Assembly (NCBI RefSeq): GCF_964355755.1
Contig: NC_092679.1
Coordinates: forward strand, 11,949,432 to 12,013,431
Reading direction: 5' to 3'
Length of the DNA: 64,000 bases
Origin: Antedon mediterranea
Taxonomy: Eukaryota > Animalia > Echinodermata
The notes below the pieces were generated by a model. It saw nothing but the letters and a program-made list of their open reading frames with translations. It had not been told where the DNA came from and did no database searches. Every line of letters begins with the position of its first letter. Positions within the stretch are counted from its first letter, which is position 1. Position numbers and translations under genes: made by a program. Shown piece after piece: positions 62,190 to 64,000 of this stretch.

Positions 62190-63412
62190 ATTTATGCAGC
62201 TGTTATAATATTAAGACCGAATCATTAAGACACAGTTACCAGCGGTAGGTTATTGTTTACTACGGCTCAAAAATTGGATATTTGGAAACTCGAACTGGAC
62301 ATGCTCATTTCATTTAATTTATTTCGTCTTTTTATAAATAATAAAAAACCAACAGGTCACAAGGTACAGAGCACATTAGGGGGTAGACGGGATTGTCAAA
62401 AAGTGTTACAGTATTGGTTTACGATAAACGCTGGTTGTATACCACATTAGTTTGTCAACAATGGACATGTCAATCCTCGCTCTAAAACCGTTAGCCATCA
62501 TGAACCGTGGTGATGGTACTTTCGTAGGGCTATTAAAAAACCAGGATTAATGAGATGAAGTAAGCTGGCCACTAATCCATTTAAAAACGTTGAATCAACT
62601 TACACTTTTGACCATTTATTAGAAACAACTTGGTGATGCTTAACTTTGTACTTTGTACTTTATGCTTTCTAAATTTATACTAAAATACAATATATTAAAA
62701 ATACTGTACATATTAATATTCTGTACTAAAGCCGTATAATAAAGACTTTATGTAAGTATGAGCACTCTCCACCCGTGTGCATGATAAACTTTTGTTTTAA
62801 CATTATTGAGGGCCCTTTACATAAACATTCGAGAAAACAAACATAAAGCACAAACATCACAAAATAGAATACAGAAAGTTGAGGGGAAAAATCATTAATA
62901 CAAATTTGTTTATAAGACTATTTAACGGTTAAACGATGGAAAATATTATAATGATGAGAGTACCACGAAGCTAGGCCTACATAACCCATGGATTTCATAT
63001 CAAACAAGTAAATTGAGCGATACATTTTGATAACTTTCTGGTTCCTGTTTATAGAGGATATACAATTGTTGAAATTATTAAATAATATAAATTATATCTC
63101 CTTTTTTATATTTTAATTACCGTTATTATAAAACAAATCCAACATCATTAGGCCTACACAATAATATTACGCACTGATTCCTAGTACAATGGCCCACGAC
63201 ATTGATCTGATAATTATAAAATAAAAACTTTTTGGATATTAAGACCTATATAGATATTATAACTACTGTATCTTGTAAATACTTTTTATCTGGTTTTCAT
63301 TCTAAATGATAACTTATGTTCGCATGGTCTTTACCATTAAATTATCTTTTTTATTTCCAGAAAATTTTGTATTTAAAAAGTGATAACTGAGTGCTTAGGT
63401 ATTCTCATGCGA

Positions 63413-63708
63413 TCAATTCACTTCATTCTTCTTTATACTTTGTATGGTGACCATGCCATTATCATAACTTGCATCCTCGAGTCTATCAAGATCAAAGCTA
63501 GTTTTTCCCGGTGGCTTGTAAATAAATAACGCCAGAGAAAAGAAGCACAATGATATTAATTTTAAAGTTATCATTATTGCTAAAGTTAAATGACTAAAAC
63601 GTTTGTTGTCGTACAACCAGCAAGTTTTGGAACCGTCACACTGTGTTTCCCACAACAGACACTGGCTATCGATAATAGCACCGTACAAAATTGGTCCGGG
63701 AACATTGC
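63413..63708 (-). CDS. SLCO/OATP organic anion transporter, terminal exon
   Basis: GNVPGPILYGAIIDSQCLLWETQCDGSKTCWLYDN is the conserved OATP TM11-loop signature, followed by TM12 and TGA. Subfamily not assignable by eye. Confidence 0.93.
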
Positions 63709-63857
63709 CTAAAAACATTAAACAACAAGAAATTATTGTATAAAATATCTCCACATACTATCTATTTCCGAGGTATCATATGAATATTTTGGTAACACAG
63801 CATTACATGTTGTACCTGTATCATGTAAGTGTACATGCAACCAATTTCGAAACTTAC

Positions 63858-63922
63858 CTAGCAATCGGACAAGAAGTGAACTTATTCCAAGCGCAAACGA
63901 CCTTTCATTCAATGGAACACAC
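63858..63922 (-). CDS. SLCO/OATP, penultimate exon
   Basis: Encodes RCVPLNERSFALGISSLLVRLLG. AG/GTaag borders in phase with the last exon. Confidence 0.9.
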
Positions 63923-64000
63923 CTTTTAAAAAAAACACAGAAATTACACATATAGGTAAGGTGTTCCAACAACTGAAAATCAGACTATTTAGTAAACGGT

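Overview
AT-rich animal (probably invertebrate deuterostome; inferred) genomic DNA. It holds three spliced genes: a steryl-sulfatase-like arylsulfatase (+, 5 exons visible, 5'-truncated, 1-15596), a complete METTL27/WBSCR27-like methyltransferase (-, 5 coding exons, 30880-37052) and the last two exons of an SLCO/OATP transporter (-, 63413-63922). The first 31 kb carries eight unrelated minisatellites, including a 7.4-kb 34-bp array that varies at essentially one position. The rest is a nested transposon landscape of Kolobok-, Harbinger-, pogo- and Helentron-type non-autonomous elements plus decayed BEL/Pao, CR1/L2 and RTE-like retroelements. The most unusual features are four multi-kilobase fold-back elements. 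Two have Academ-type ends and arms that are near-identical outside but diverged inside, one is Sola3-type, and one has modular arms with a bipartite motif phased at about 142 bp. There is also a tRNA-containing inverted-repeat element. All alignments and identities were read by eye; no searches were run.
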